DNA of 64,000 bases from Paraspadella gotoi (taxonomy: Eukaryota; Animalia; Chaetognatha): the NCBI GenBank assembly GCA_051294375.1, contig CM119266.1:4106931-4170930 (forward strand). Direction: 5' to 3'. Made by a program: the position numbers and the translations under genes. Positions within the stretch are counted from its first letter, which is position 1, and every line of letters starts with the position of its first letter. Shown one piece after another: positions 16,474-29,169 of the stretch. The notes below the pieces were generated by a model. It saw only the letters and a list, made by a program, of their open reading frames with translations, searched no databases and had not been told where the DNA came from.

Positions 16474-16612
16474 AGAGATCGAGGGAGGGGGGAGATTATG
16501 GAGAGAGAGAGAGAGAGTTAGAGAGAGGGGGAGAGGAGAAGAGAGATAGGAGAGAGAGAGAGAGAGGGAGGGGGAGATATTGGAGAGAGAGAGATGAGAG
16601 AGAGAGATAGAT

Positions 16613-16671
<59 letters not shown>

Positions 16672-17151
16672 CATAGATAGATAAGAGAGAGAGAGAGAGA
16701 GAGAAAAGAAAGGCGGTGGCCGCGAGAGACGTTGTTTGAAACGGAAAGTGGCAAATGACCTGTGCGTACGTCTGTGGCGACCGCGGCAGCGGCGTGCGTC
16801 GGCGGCGCGCGCGTTTTCCTGCGGCGGCGCTCGGCGTCTCTCCGAGGGCGAAACTGGCGAAGATCTTCGATGACGAATTCCTTCGACCGATGTCATTTTT
16901 TACTTTTGCCATTTGGAATGACGAGATAGAGACAGAGACAGAGAGTAGGGAGGGAAGAGAGAAGAGAGAGAGAGAGCAGAAGAGAGAGAGAGAGAGAGAG
17001 AGAGAGCAGAGAGAGAGAGAGAGAGATGAGAGAGAGGAGAGAAGAGACGCCCGCTCCCGATGTCTCCCACTTGTATTCGTGATTCCCGTTTCGCGTCGGA
17101 AGCCTTTAAATTTCTCCCTTCCCTAAACCACTCCCTCTACCGATCTCTTCT

Positions 17152-17228
<77 letters not shown>

Positions 17229-17516
17229 CTCTCTTCCTAGTTTCGGAGTCGTGAAAGACAATAATTTCCCTGGCAAAAACGAAGTTCTTCTCGAGTTTAG
17301 TCAGACGCGATCCTGGAAAGATCGAGACCCGGACGATCCTTTCCGGAGGCCGATCGTGGACGTCGTCGTCGTCGTCGTCGTCGCTGACGTCACGAAGAAA
17401 TTCACTTTTCTTTCTGTGGATGCGGCCTCGTTATAATTTTGTCAGAAAGAATAATAAAATATTAACGAGGGCCACTTTTTGGGCAATTTTTCGAACGTGA
17501 TTGTATTGTTTTATTA

Positions 17517-17577
<61 letters not shown>

Positions 17578-17914
17578 AAGTGACTCAACAAATTCTTTTT
17601 CCTTTCTTTTTCTTCGATGATCCTCCAAAAAATCCGGAAGAGAATCTCGACTCTCGTGAGTAAAAAGTCACAAAAACACTCACTCTCTCTCTCTCTCTCT
17701 CTCACTCTCACTCTCTCTTTCTCATTCTCTCTTTTTTTTAAAATTATCTCTGGCTAAGAACGCCGCAAAATCATTCGGGGTGCGACCGGAAGAAAACCGA
17801 AAACAGCAGCTACGTGCGCAGGCATCTCGCACGTAGCGTCTATTTGTGTGCGGAGAAAAGGTAGTTTTAACCTTGAAAACTCCTACGTTGAAATCTTCTC
17901 CCTCTCTCTCTCCT

Positions 17915-17963
<49 letters not shown>

Positions 17964-20796
17964 TTTTCTCCTCCCAGTTCCCCGGTCTTGTTCGACGTGA
18001 AAAGAGGGAAAAAAGCAAACATTTCTTTATTGCCAACCTATATTAGCTTTCAAAGGTAGTAACCATTTAGATAAGGGTACTTCTAAGCCCCCGTCACCGC
18101 AACTTCGCAACTCTTTCTTCGGGACCTGTCACTTGTTTTATTTTTTGAGCGTACATGCGTGCACAGTGCACACGAATTGCGTGCGAAAAGTGTTTTGGTT
18201 TATATTAGAGATAGGTTGGGGGTTTGGTCTTTAGACGATAATAAAATTGTTACGCAATAATGTAGCAATAAAACATATTCTTTCAAAATAAACTCTCATT
18301 CTCAACCTCTCTCGCAACGTCACAAAACTTTCTAAAAAAAATAATAATAATTATAATAATAAGAAACGATGTTAATTCTTAACTTAAGTCAGCAACCCTG
18401 GTCGCCCCCTAGAGAGTCTTTTGTCCCCGATTTATCTCGAATGAGTCAGATATCGAAAAGAAAAAAGATCAACTGAATTATTCCTTTTTCGTCAAAAGTC
18501 GCGTCCCCCCTAGAGGGCTTTAGCGCCGCAAGGATTTTCTACGGATTTTTAAGCAAATTTGTAGATAATTTTTTTTTCATTCTTTTGGAGAATTTTCTTT
18601 TTTTTCGTTGCGATGGGATTATAATTGAGCTGTAGTGATTAGGGTAGCGGGCGACGTTTTAATTAGAGTACTACCTTAACTTCCGATCCGCGAAGTTTTA
18701 AATTCGCTGTATCAAAGAACCAAGGTAGCCACAGTTGAATACCCACGGTCACAACCACAACTAAACGCCTTTAACCTCGTGCACAGTCTTTGTTTTTGTT
18801 GGACTCAATCTTGGAAACCGTGCTGCCCCGAATTTCGAAGGCCGAGTCTCGGAAAATAAAAAAAAAGCCCCAGAGCTAAACAAACAAAAACAGGGAGGGG
18901 AACCCAGAGAGCGACGTTCGAAGACAGGTCTAATGTCAGGTCTAATAAACCGATCGCTCCCCTCCAGAAAAAATAAAAAAATGGATTTCGGAAAAGAAAA
19001 GATGCGAATATTAAGAACGGAGCCGATTCGCGACATTTTCTACTTACTCTCTGCCCGGGGGAAAGACGAGGGGGAAAAAAAAGAAAGATGAAAAAAAAGA
19101 AATTAGATTCACTTATCTCACTTAACCCCCTTTACCTCCCCCCTTTCCGCCCCCCTTTTCTATCGGTGGGGGCGGGACGTGGGGGCGCGAAGAAAATAAT
19201 CTGTACTTGACCGACAAGAAAGAAAAAAACAACTTTATAATACGCGAACTGAACTTGTGAAAAAGTACATATGAATTCCGTCGTATCCTCTTCCCTTCTT
19301 CCTCCTTAAGCTTTTCTTTTTACTTTTCTTCTTCCTTCCCCGTATCTATTCTTCTTTATTTCCCATTCTCTTCCTTCTCCCAAAATTTTTCTACTTTTTC
19401 TTCCTCTTCCTCTTCCTCCTTTTTATCTCTTTCCCGGGAGAGAAAAGAGAAAGTGAAGTTTCGAGCCACTAAAGTCGAAAAAATCCTTTCGATCATCCGA
19501 AACGTGTTACTCCCGTTACGAAAGAATAACAGGAGGGAAAAAACGGCAGTCTTCGCCTCGAGCCAATCGGCGGCCCAGGGAGCATCGTTTCTGGGCCAAT
19601 CGGAAAAGTGGGAAAAAATTCCTGTCGACGTCACTAGATCGCTCCTTTAACGAACGAAGGCCCACCTCCGGCAGCGAGGCTCGAATCGCTGTCGAGATCG
19701 ATCCCGGTCCCGATCTTCGAACCAGATCCGGAAGACTCGCAGAAACTCCGGATGTAACTGATAATCGTGGCCTAGGATCTTGAGTTGATCCCCGGGGCCA
19801 CCAAAGGGTTGACTCGTGCCTTCGGAGGGCCACCGAAGTGTAGACCTGTCGTCGTCGTCGTTGTCGTCGTCGTCGTCGTCGTCGTCTTTGCAGTCGTCGT
19901 CTTCTTTCGACACGAAGGCAACGGAGTCACAAGCGATATTAAGAAACGTAAATATATTTATTATGTGATTTTGTTGAAAAGAATATTATTAGTATCCTAT
20001 GATATTTACTGATTAACTTAAAAATCGAGTGGATAGCGAACAGAAAGCGGAGAAGGGAAGGAAAGTCGAGAAAGAAACGTGATCTTTTTTTCAAGTCAGA
20101 AAATTCAATCTTTTTAAAAAAAAATTCACAAATCCCAAACGAACAAGAAAGCTGGACCGGGGCGTTTATCGGGGGCGAGGGCGACTCTTGGGGTCGGAAT
20201 TGGGTCAGAGCCATTCGACGGGTCCGAGTATTGGGTCCCCATTTTCCTTTTTACCAGTCGAGGAAAGTAAATAAAATTCTGGGGTCCGGTCTCGAGAGAG
20301 AGAGAAAAAGAGATAAAATGAAAGGAGCTATCAAATTGCTTTTCGCGATCAGTTCTCACTTTTTTTACGGCACGAATGACGTAAGAAGTAAAAAGTTTTT
20401 TGATGAGGCGAATCGCAAATAAAAACTAGTGACACTCATGTGAGAGAATCTCACTTTTACGGATCGATCGATCGATAACGTAAAAATTTATCAGGATCGA
20501 AGGATAGACCTTTTGTTTTTGCTATTGTTTCGGTTTTTACTTGGCAATCGCAGAAATTTTTGAATATAGGACTGTAATTAATCAATAATCTAAGTATCAC
20601 AACAATGTAACAATTGTTAACTGTTTTAGTTTTGCAAAACAGAAATTATGAATTATAAAACTAAAAGAGAATCTGTTATGTTAAATTCAGTTGTTATTGT
20701 TTTTAGTCGTTTCTTTGTATGATTTGTATTTTCTTAATAATTAAGTAATTTCAAACTAACTAAACTCACTAAACCCCTTTCTATTTTTTCCGGCAG

Positions 20797-21473
20797 ATTC
20801 CTCGGCTGCCATCAAATCCGGCGGCTGCTTCGCCGGCGACAACAGCGTCCTCCTCGACACGGGCGTCCGGAAACCGATGTCGTCTCTGTCGGTTGGAGAC
20901 CGCGTGGCGGCGCTCGACGCTGACGGACGCCCGACATTCTCGCCCGTCTTGGCGTTCCTTGACCGTCGCCCGTCGGGCAGAAAATTCTTCTACAAGCTCG
21001 GCACTTCAGATGGCGCTTCGTTGGACCTGACGCCGTCTCATTTGATTTACGCGTCTCCCGACAACCGAACCCTCTCTGCCGCCGATTTCCGGCAGATGGC
21101 GCCGATTTTCGCCCGCGACGTCAAAGTCGGCGATTACTTATACCTGTCCAAAGACGACGTCGTCCGCCCGACGCGCGTCGTGACGGTGACGGCGACGCAC
21201 AAAGATGGCGCTTTCGCTCCGATGACGTCCACCGGGTCCATCGTCGTTAACGGGTTCGCGGCCTCGTGTTACGCCATCTTCGACAACCATTGGGTGACGC
21301 ATCTAGCAATGACGCCGCTCCGTTTCTACTACAGGCTGCTGGAGGCCGCGCGAGGCCCGGAAGCAGCCGACGCGTCAGAGCAGGACGGGCTGCACTGGTA
21401 CTCGACGCTGCTTTACAATTTTGCAGACATTTTTGTGCCCAAGGACCTGTACGAGTCATGGTTCTACAGCGTT

Positions 21474-21476
<3 letters not shown>
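20797..21476 (+). CDS. hh: Hedgehog exon 3 (G|CF autocleavage site, Hint domain, sterol-recognition region)
   Basis: Phase-1 acceptor matches exon 2. Encodes DSSAAIKSGG|CFAG...VGDRV...LAFLDR...LTPSHL (TxxH)...GAFAPMTSTGSIVVNGFAASCYA...GLHWYSTLLY; stop TAG ends at 21476. Confidence 0.97.
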
Positions 21477-21571
<95 letters not shown>

Positions 21572-22429
21572 GTGGACGCGATGCACTTTTGTTCGATGAA
21601 GCGAAGGACGCTCTGATGAAAATGAAAGAAAAGTTTCGAAAAATTTAAAAAAACTTAAAAAAAAAAATTACGCTGAGTGCGATTAAACTCCCTACAAAGA
21701 CCCAATAATTTGTATGAAAATGAATGTAATTATTTATATTGCCGTTATAACATCACTTATGAACAAAATATTATTTATCGACCGTTAAAGACGCAAACCA
21801 AAAAAAAAAAATTAAACCAAAAAATTTTCAAAAAAACCTTGTCCCAAAATACAATTCGTTCCCAAATTATGCATGCTTTCAAGTGCGTTTACTATATATA
21901 GACTCCTTGCCGACTAGTGTTCAAAAAAAAGGCCAATTACTTTAATTATTTTAATTATTCCTTAATATCTCACTGCACTTAAACCAAATCATAAAGAGCT
22001 TTTAATAAAAATGTCTAATTCGAAATAATGCAGTTAAAATAATATTGATAAATACAAATATGATAATAAAAATTAATATTAACTTCTTTCATGACTTTTG
22101 TTTTCAAATTTGCCCGTGCCATATTGTACTATCCAGCTGTAGCAATGTCGTGATATTGTTATTTCAAATCCTTTTCTGCAAATTTGAGATATAATTTTGT
22201 CATTCCGATGTTCTATGCCACAGTGTGGTCAAAATTTGCTTATATTCCAAATTATAATTATAATTATGACTCGTTTTGTATCGATAAAAAATACAATATA
22301 TTTTCACTTGAAAAGTATTATTTGTGTAAAGATTTATATCTGTATATAACTTTTGCCGTGAGAACCGACTATGCAATACGTGAGAACTTTTGTATATAAC
22401 CTTTTTTTTGATTTACTTATTATTCTTCC

Positions 22430-22435
22430 AATAAA
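22430..22435 (+). terminator. Candidate polyadenylation signal for hedgehog
   Basis: AATAAA about 950 nt after the stop, followed by T/GT-rich sequence. Other AATAAA hexamers occur near 22003 and 22064. Confidence 0.4.
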
Positions 22436-22964
22436 AATGGCTGTTTATCAAATTTTATTTTTTCTTTACTCTGCGTTTTCGAGTTTGATATAGAAATAAA
22501 GACAATAAATGGAATAAGGAATTAAAAGTATTTCACAGTTAAAGATATTGTTAAGGGGCGAATCCTGCGGTACCCCCTCACGGGTAATGATGAGTGTGGG
22601 GTGACCAAAGGAGTGTCACTAAAAGTCAAGGCGTGGCAGAATGTTCCAACCAGGGAATGATTGATCACGGGCGGCTGTGCATTGACAGTGCACCCTGGAA
22701 TCTACACTGTAATCGATCAGAAGAGAAACACAATGATCAAGAACCACGTAACCTATCAGTAACCCAACAGGGCCAACACCTCTCCTATAATCATTAATAA
22801 CTCATGATAGCTGAAAAGAAAAGACATCGAATAACAAATATCAATCAATGAATAATAAATGAATAGACACGTGGTGAAATGTTTTATTTGTCAATGAATT
22901 AATATTCAATGAATACGTTCTCACTGAACAGAAAAGATGTTCAGTGTGCAGATTTACTACACAG

Positions 22965-23918
22965 TAGAACATTCAAAGATAACAAAAAATAAAATATTAA
23001 ATTCCATTCATAATTATTTTAATGTAATAAGGTCTGAAGAATTCGATGGTGATAACCATTTTTCTGTATAATTTTATCATTCTTGTTGGATATGATGATA
23101 TTTAATGTATATAAAATGCTAATAAAATAGCGCAAACATTATAAGTTATGATAAATCAAATTATTAAAATTTTATAAATTTTACAAAAGCTTTTGAAATA
23201 TAAAAAAAGACCTATAAAAATATTTTGGGAAATTTATTTTTAAATTTTATGTTTTATTAAAAGTTAGTAAGCTATATTTATTAATAATTATTAGTAAAAA
23301 TTAAGCTAAAGTTAAAAAATAATAATTTAAAAATTTTGAAGCCGGATTCGCATTCCTGGCAAAAAGTTGATATAAGAAAATATAACTTTTATTAAAAGAT
23401 GATGTCATCAAATTGGTCAAAATTTAAAAAACTATAATTTTAAGCCAAAAATAGTAAAATTAAACAAAAATCATAGTTTTTAATATTTTTAACAAACTTA
23501 TTAAAAGAATTTGTTAAAATGGATTTTACTTACTTTTTCCAAAGAATTCAAATCCGGTTTTAAAATTTTAAAATTTTTATTTTTTTACTTTAGCCTATTT
23601 TTATTACTAATTATTAATAAATATAGCTAAAAAGCGATTAATAAAATATAAAATTTGTAAATAAACTTACTGAAATATTTTTATGGGTCTTTATTTTTAT
23701 ATTATACAAGCTAAATATGACTTTTATAAAATCTTAATAATCTGAGTTTCTCATACTCTATAATGTTTGCGTCATTTTAATAGCACCATATATGCTTCAA
23801 AAATCGCCATTTGCGACAAGGAAAATGAAACTATACAAAAAAATAGTTATCATCCTCGAATTCTACAGACGTTATTACATTAAAATAATAATATATTTTG
23901 TTATCTTTGAACGCTTTA
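22965..23918. mobile_element. Non-autonomous foldback DNA transposon, hAT-like
   Basis: Almost the whole element is an imperfect palindrome (tagaacattcaaagataaca ... tgttatctttgaacgcttta). It is flanked by the exact 8-bp direct repeat ctacacag (22957-22964 and 23919-23926), and the left end starts with TAG. Confidence 0.85.
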
Positions 23919-24039
23919 CTACACAGCAAAGATTTACAGTTTTGCTTCACAGTCACAATTACGTCAAGTTTCACTGATCAGTCGTCTTCGCGACCTTTTT
24001 TGACAACGAGGTCAAGAAATTCAGGAAAGCTCCGTCATT

Positions 24040-24070
<31 letters not shown>

Positions 24071-24185
24071 TGCCATCGGCGACGACAAAGAATTTTCTAA
24101 AGAAACGAAAGAGAAAATAAAAAAATCTCCCGTTGGGGAAAAACCATCTTGTACAAACAATGTTTACACGAATACATGACAAAGA

Positions 24186-24246
<61 letters not shown>

Positions 24247-24417
24247 AGAACAAAGGCATTTTTTCTCGGAGAAATTCTGGAAGGCGACAAAAACGTTATT
24301 GTGTCTGGGGTAAAAAGAAGAGAGAAAGAAATTTGTCTTCTCGTCTCTACATCGGTTCCTCTTTAGACTTGACTGTTTGTCTACGCAAATCCGCTACGCT
24401 ACTTCGCACGTTTTGAG

Positions 24418-24880
24418 TTTTTAGTCGGATCTGCTTATCAGCAGATTCCAACTCTATAATCCACTTTGTCGGTCCGTCGGTCCGCCCCCTCAGAACATCA
24501 AATTATGATAAATTATGTTAAAAAAAAAAAGATGTCCGTCCGTCGGTCTGTCTGTCTGTCCATTCCTCCTTAGCAAAAAACTCCAATTGATTGGACGGAT
24601 GGATTGAGATGAAATTTTGCGTACGGGTAGGTAACTGTATGATCGAGCTGAATATAAAGTTTCGATGGAATCGTGCAAGTGGAAATGAGTTTAAATGTAA
24701 AAAACAAAAGTCATATTTACTTGAATTTGTTTACTTATATTTACTTATAACTATTCCAATAATTTATAATTAGATACATCTATGAAATTTCGTGTGTGGG
24801 TAGGAAAGTGTGTGATTGAGCTGGATATAAAGTTTCGATGGAATCATGCAAGTGGAAAAGAGTTTAGATGGAAAAAATAA
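24418..24880 (+). mobile_element. Second copy or relative of the GTCY-microsatellite repeat family, with an internal ~100-bp duplication
   Basis: Contains caactctataatccactttgtcggtccgtcggtcc. The block atgaaattt...gagctg.atataaagtttcgatggaatc.tgcaagtggaaa occurs at ~24610 and ~24782. Confidence 0.55.
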
Positions 24881-25294
24881 TGTTCACATTAATTTAAATT
24901 CTTTTTCAATATTAAAGTTTTTTCTCTCCCTTTCTTAGTTAAAATGATTGATTGGCTGATTGATCAGTTGATTAATTGATTAATTCATATATTCTTTTAT
25001 TGATTTATTAATAAATATATTATGATTTGCTATGTCTCTCTCTCTCTCTCTCTCGCTCTTGCTCTCTCACAGCATTGATCAATTAACAAATGTTACATTC
25101 CTGCATCTTAAATTGATGATCATCAATTGACGATCTTGAACTGATGATTGTTAATTATAGATTTTGAATTAAAAAATTATTTCGTAATCTGAAGTTCCTG
25201 AATTGTAGATGATGAATTAAAAATCTTGAATTGATGGTCTTAAATATAAAATAACAATAAAAAATAAATATTAATATAAAAAATATAAGATTCA

Positions 25295-25420
25295 TTATAA
25301 TTAATCATCTGATTATTTGATTATAATTAATCATCTGATTATCTGATTATAATTAATCATCTGATTATCTGATTATAATTAATCATCTGATTATCTGATT
25401 ATAATTAATCATCTGATTAG
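25295..25420. repeat. 26-bp minisatellite, about 5 copies
   Basis: Unit ttataattaatcatctgattatctga, contiguous, with no spacers. Confidence 0.9.
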
Positions 25421-27400
25421 CTGCTTACCGCTAAATTATTGTGGGAAAATCCGACATTGTTTGCTTCTATTGATTTGAGGTTTGTTTAATCGAGATTTAT
25501 TGTTTTATTTATTTGTTTTTGGAAGATTATATTAAAAAAGGCATTTTGAAAAAAAGAAATAAATAAAAAAATAAAAATTTAAAACCTGACTCGATCAGCG
25601 AAGAAGATAATAGAATTTTATTAATTCGATAGGTCATATAATAGTAAACTAAGTTGCAGTGTAAGTAGACCGATAAAATTGAAACTTTATAATTTGCAGT
25701 AAAACAAAATATTTTTATACCTCAAGGTTTGAAACAACAACAAAAATTGTAAAATGTTCCAAACGAGGTAATCATTAAAAATTGTACCACTTTTAACCGT
25801 CAATAATAATGAACAACATCTTAATTGCAAGAATACTAAAGAATAAAGTCGTTGGCGTAGTCAGCAAAGTCAGTCGCCCGCCGCCGCCGCCGCCGCCTCC
25901 GCCAACGACACGACACCCGGAAATTTTCGTCTCCCAAATTTTCTCGTTTTCCTTCGCATTCGAAAATTCGCATCCACGAGAAAAAAAATAGAAAAACAAA
26001 CGAAGTGAATATTTTTTGGAAAATGCGAAGGAAAAGTGTGAAAGGAGGAGGAGTTCGAGCGGCCATCTTGGAAAAGTTCCCAAAAACCACGAAATGGAGT
26101 TTTCTCGAAAAAAATGACGCCGTTGAAAAGAGTCCAAAAGAAATTTTTAATTTTTGATATTTTAGGAAATATGATTTTGTAGTTTTGTTTAATTTACCTA
26201 TTTATTTATTTTTTGGGGTTCTATCATCACGGTGATGCTATTAAAAAGAACTTTGTACAACCTATATTCAAATATTAAATGAAATGATATGCAAATGAGG
26301 TTGAAAATGAGGCTTAAAAAACAAATGATAATCGCAATAGTCAAGGCGACGCAAAACCATGCAATATCTGGTACTTGTTGTTGACAAAGTCGAAATATAA
26401 ATATTTATTGTTTAAATTAGAGCTAGGACGAAAGTTAAAATTAAAAAGATCCAAACTCGTGTTGTTTACGTTCTCAACATAAAATACAAACTTATAGCAA
26501 GTTAGTTTTTTTATTTGCTCGATTGAAAATGTTCGTAGCGTCCATCACTCTCCTCTTATTCTTGGAAAAAACCTGTCGTTTATGTCAAAAATAAAGAGAG
26601 AGAGAGAGAGAGAGAAGGAGAGAGAGAGAGAGAGAGCATCGGTTTTTGTGGACGAAAGAAACAAAAAAATGTTTGTTTTCACGAAGGGGATTCTGGGATG
26701 GAGCCAAGGTGGCCAAGGTGGGCAGGGATTCTGGGATGGAGCCAAGGTGGGCAGGGATCGCGAGTGGACCCGAAAGAAAAACTTTGTCTGGACTCTGGAA
26801 CTTGGCCATTTTGGGCGGGGAGGTCCGGAGACCCGGAGACCCCGAGACATGGCTACCAAAGAGTCCCCGAGTCCAAGAAGATCGGAAATCGGGATGCGTG
26901 GAGGAAACTAGGTCACGTGATCAATATTTTAAATGTTTCTCAAGACTTAGTTGACAACTATAAAACTCTTGATTTGCCTCATCAGAAATTCAGTATGCAA
27001 ACTCCTGACAAAGGATATATATTTTAAAAGAAACTAAACGGCATCTTAAAAGGTAAATTATTGAATGCTAAAATAAACTAAATTAATAAATAAATAAATT
27101 AAACGGCATCTTAAATGCTATTAAGATATATTTTTTTTAATTTTAAAACGTTTTTTTTATTTTCAAATGGGAGATTCGGTCTGAGACACGAGAAGCACCG
27201 ATTCAGTTGTAAAGAGGACGACATGAAGAATAGAAGATGACAATTGATGACTATTGACAATTTTATGAATGGAAAATATGACAAAGAATTTGACAAAGAA
27301 GTTGACAAAGGGTTTCCGCCCCCCCCCCCAGTATCAAAGGGTCTTTTTTCACAAAAATTAATTAGATTTGAATTAGTTTTTTTTTTTTATTAAAGGTTAT

Positions 27401-27590
27401 GGTTAAGGATTGGGTTAAGGATTGGGTTAAGGATTGGGTTAAGGATTGGGTTAAGGATTGGGTTAAGGATTGGGTTAAGGATTGGGTTAAGGATTGGGTT
27501 AAGGATTGGGTTAAGGATTGGGTTAAGGATAGGGTTAAGGATTGGGTTAAGGATTGGGTTAAGGATCGGGTTAAGGATCGGGTTAGTGAT
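27401..27590 (+). repeat. 12-bp tandem repeat (GGTTAAGGATTG)n, a telomere-like variant inside a dispersed element
   Basis: About 15 copies decaying into ggttaggg-like sequence. Similar context (aattagatt...ggttaaggatt...ctctcggaaaagagag) recurs at 37190-37400. Confidence 0.9.
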
Positions 27591-27947
27591 TTAGGTAAGG
27601 TATTTGTTTAGTGATAAGGGTTAAGGACTAGGGTTTAAGAATCGGGGATAGGGTTAAAGATTAGGAATAAGAGTTTAGAGTTAGGGTTTAGGATTTGGTT
27701 ACGGCTCAAGATAAAGGGATTAAGGTTAAAAATTGTGTAATAATTTTAAAAGCATATTTAGGTTAAATGTTAAGAATAAAATAAAATTTTGAAAAAAAGG
27801 AAATGAAAGAGGGCGCTCTCGGAAAATAGAGCCTTTTAAAGGAGATGAAAGAGGGCGCTCTCGGAAAAGAGAGCCTATTAAAGGTGACGTAAAAGTTTGG
27901 ATCAACATCCACATTAAAAAAAAAGCTTTCATCTTGTTTGCGAAACG

Positions 27948-28013
27948 AAATTGAATTGAATTGAATTGAATTGAATTGAATTGAATTGAATTGAATTGAA
28001 TTGAATTGAATTG
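27948..28013. repeat. (GAATT)n pentanucleotide repeat
   Basis: Seen directly in the sequence. Confidence 0.95.
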
Positions 28014-28494
28014 ATTCTTTATGCAATCCTTTTAGTTTAATGTATCTTCAAAGTATTATTCCAGAATAAGTGGAAAAAGAAGGACGAGAATTAGCTGTTT
28101 ATTTTAATGAAAATGATTTAATCAATATAAAAATTATCTAGCCTTCCGACTTTCGACAGGCTATGCCTCTTTACCTCTCATAAGATAATAACATTTCTCT
28201 CCCTTATTGAATGCTAAGACTGTCCCTCTCTCTCTCTCACATTAACCTAAGAACCCACTCATAATTCACACGCCAAAGCGCACGCATGTACACGCAAGGG
28301 CACACATACCCTATCGCCCTAAGGTCTGCTTTGGGCGGAGACAATAGCGACGACTTTCCATTATTGCTGATTCTGGCAGATCGAGTTTCTGGAAAGATTA
28401 GCTTCCTGAATTTGGGAGAGATCGTAATCCTAAAAAAGTCAAACAAGAATTGAGAGAGAGAGAGAAAGAGAGAGAGAGAGAAGAGAGAGAGAGA

Positions 28495-28539
<45 letters not shown>

Positions 28540-28921
28540 ACAAATCCTTTGTGGGAAACTAATCATTTTTGTAGTTGATTTGTTTACAATTTTTGTTCTT
28601 TTCTTTTTTCCTTTAACCTTCCTAACCTTAACCCCCCCTCGCCCCCCCCTCGCCCCCCGTCCAAAGGGAAACTAAGAAGAAGAAAAAAGTCAACTCAGTT
28701 CCGATCATCGATCGCTGGATCTTAACGCGGCCACAAGAGAACTCTCTCTCTCTCTCTCACTCTTTCTCTCGCTCTCTGTCTTAGTCGTTAACTCGGCCTC
28801 GGGAAAAACTTTCATTGACTCAGATTCAACAAAAAGAGAGAGAGCGAGAGCAAGATTTGAATAGATGAAGGAGAGGAAGAGAGAGATTGAGATAGAGATA
28901 AGAGAGAGAGAGAGAGAGAGA

Positions 28922-28972
<51 letters not shown>

Positions 28973-29120
28973 GAGAGAGGAGAGTGAATCGAAGCGATGA
29001 GCCAACAAGATTCCCGTCACTTGTAAACCATACGTGCCTCCCTCCCCTCGCCGCTGCCGACGTCGCTGCCGACGCCGCTGCCGACGCCGCTGCCAACGCC
29101 GACGATGTCATGAACTAATT

Positions 29121-29169
<49 letters not shown>

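Larger units (their letters stand above)
8200..22405. repeat. ~7 kb direct tandem duplication (unit 1 ~8200-15486, unit 2 ~15487-22405) covering hh intron 2, exon 3 and 3'UTR
   Basis: Both units start tttcatt(t)taacacaggtcaag and end gaacttttgt(gt)atataaccttttt. They are collinear throughout and differ mostly by 1-2 nt indels. Confidence 0.95.

Noticed and set aside
20797-21476. Stand-alone intein/Hint element
   Set aside because: It splices in phase to Hh-N exon 2 and has a sterol-recognition region, so it is the ordinary Hog domain.
22549-22793. Solo LTR (TG...CA, GC-richer island)
   Set aside because: No matching TSD or convincing inverted termini found.
25295-25420. CRISPR-like repeat array
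   Set aside because: The 26-bp units are contiguous with no unique spacers, the context is eukaryotic, and there are no cas genes.
27399-27611. ORF (VKDW)n
   Set aside because: It is simply the translation of a 12-bp tandem repeat.
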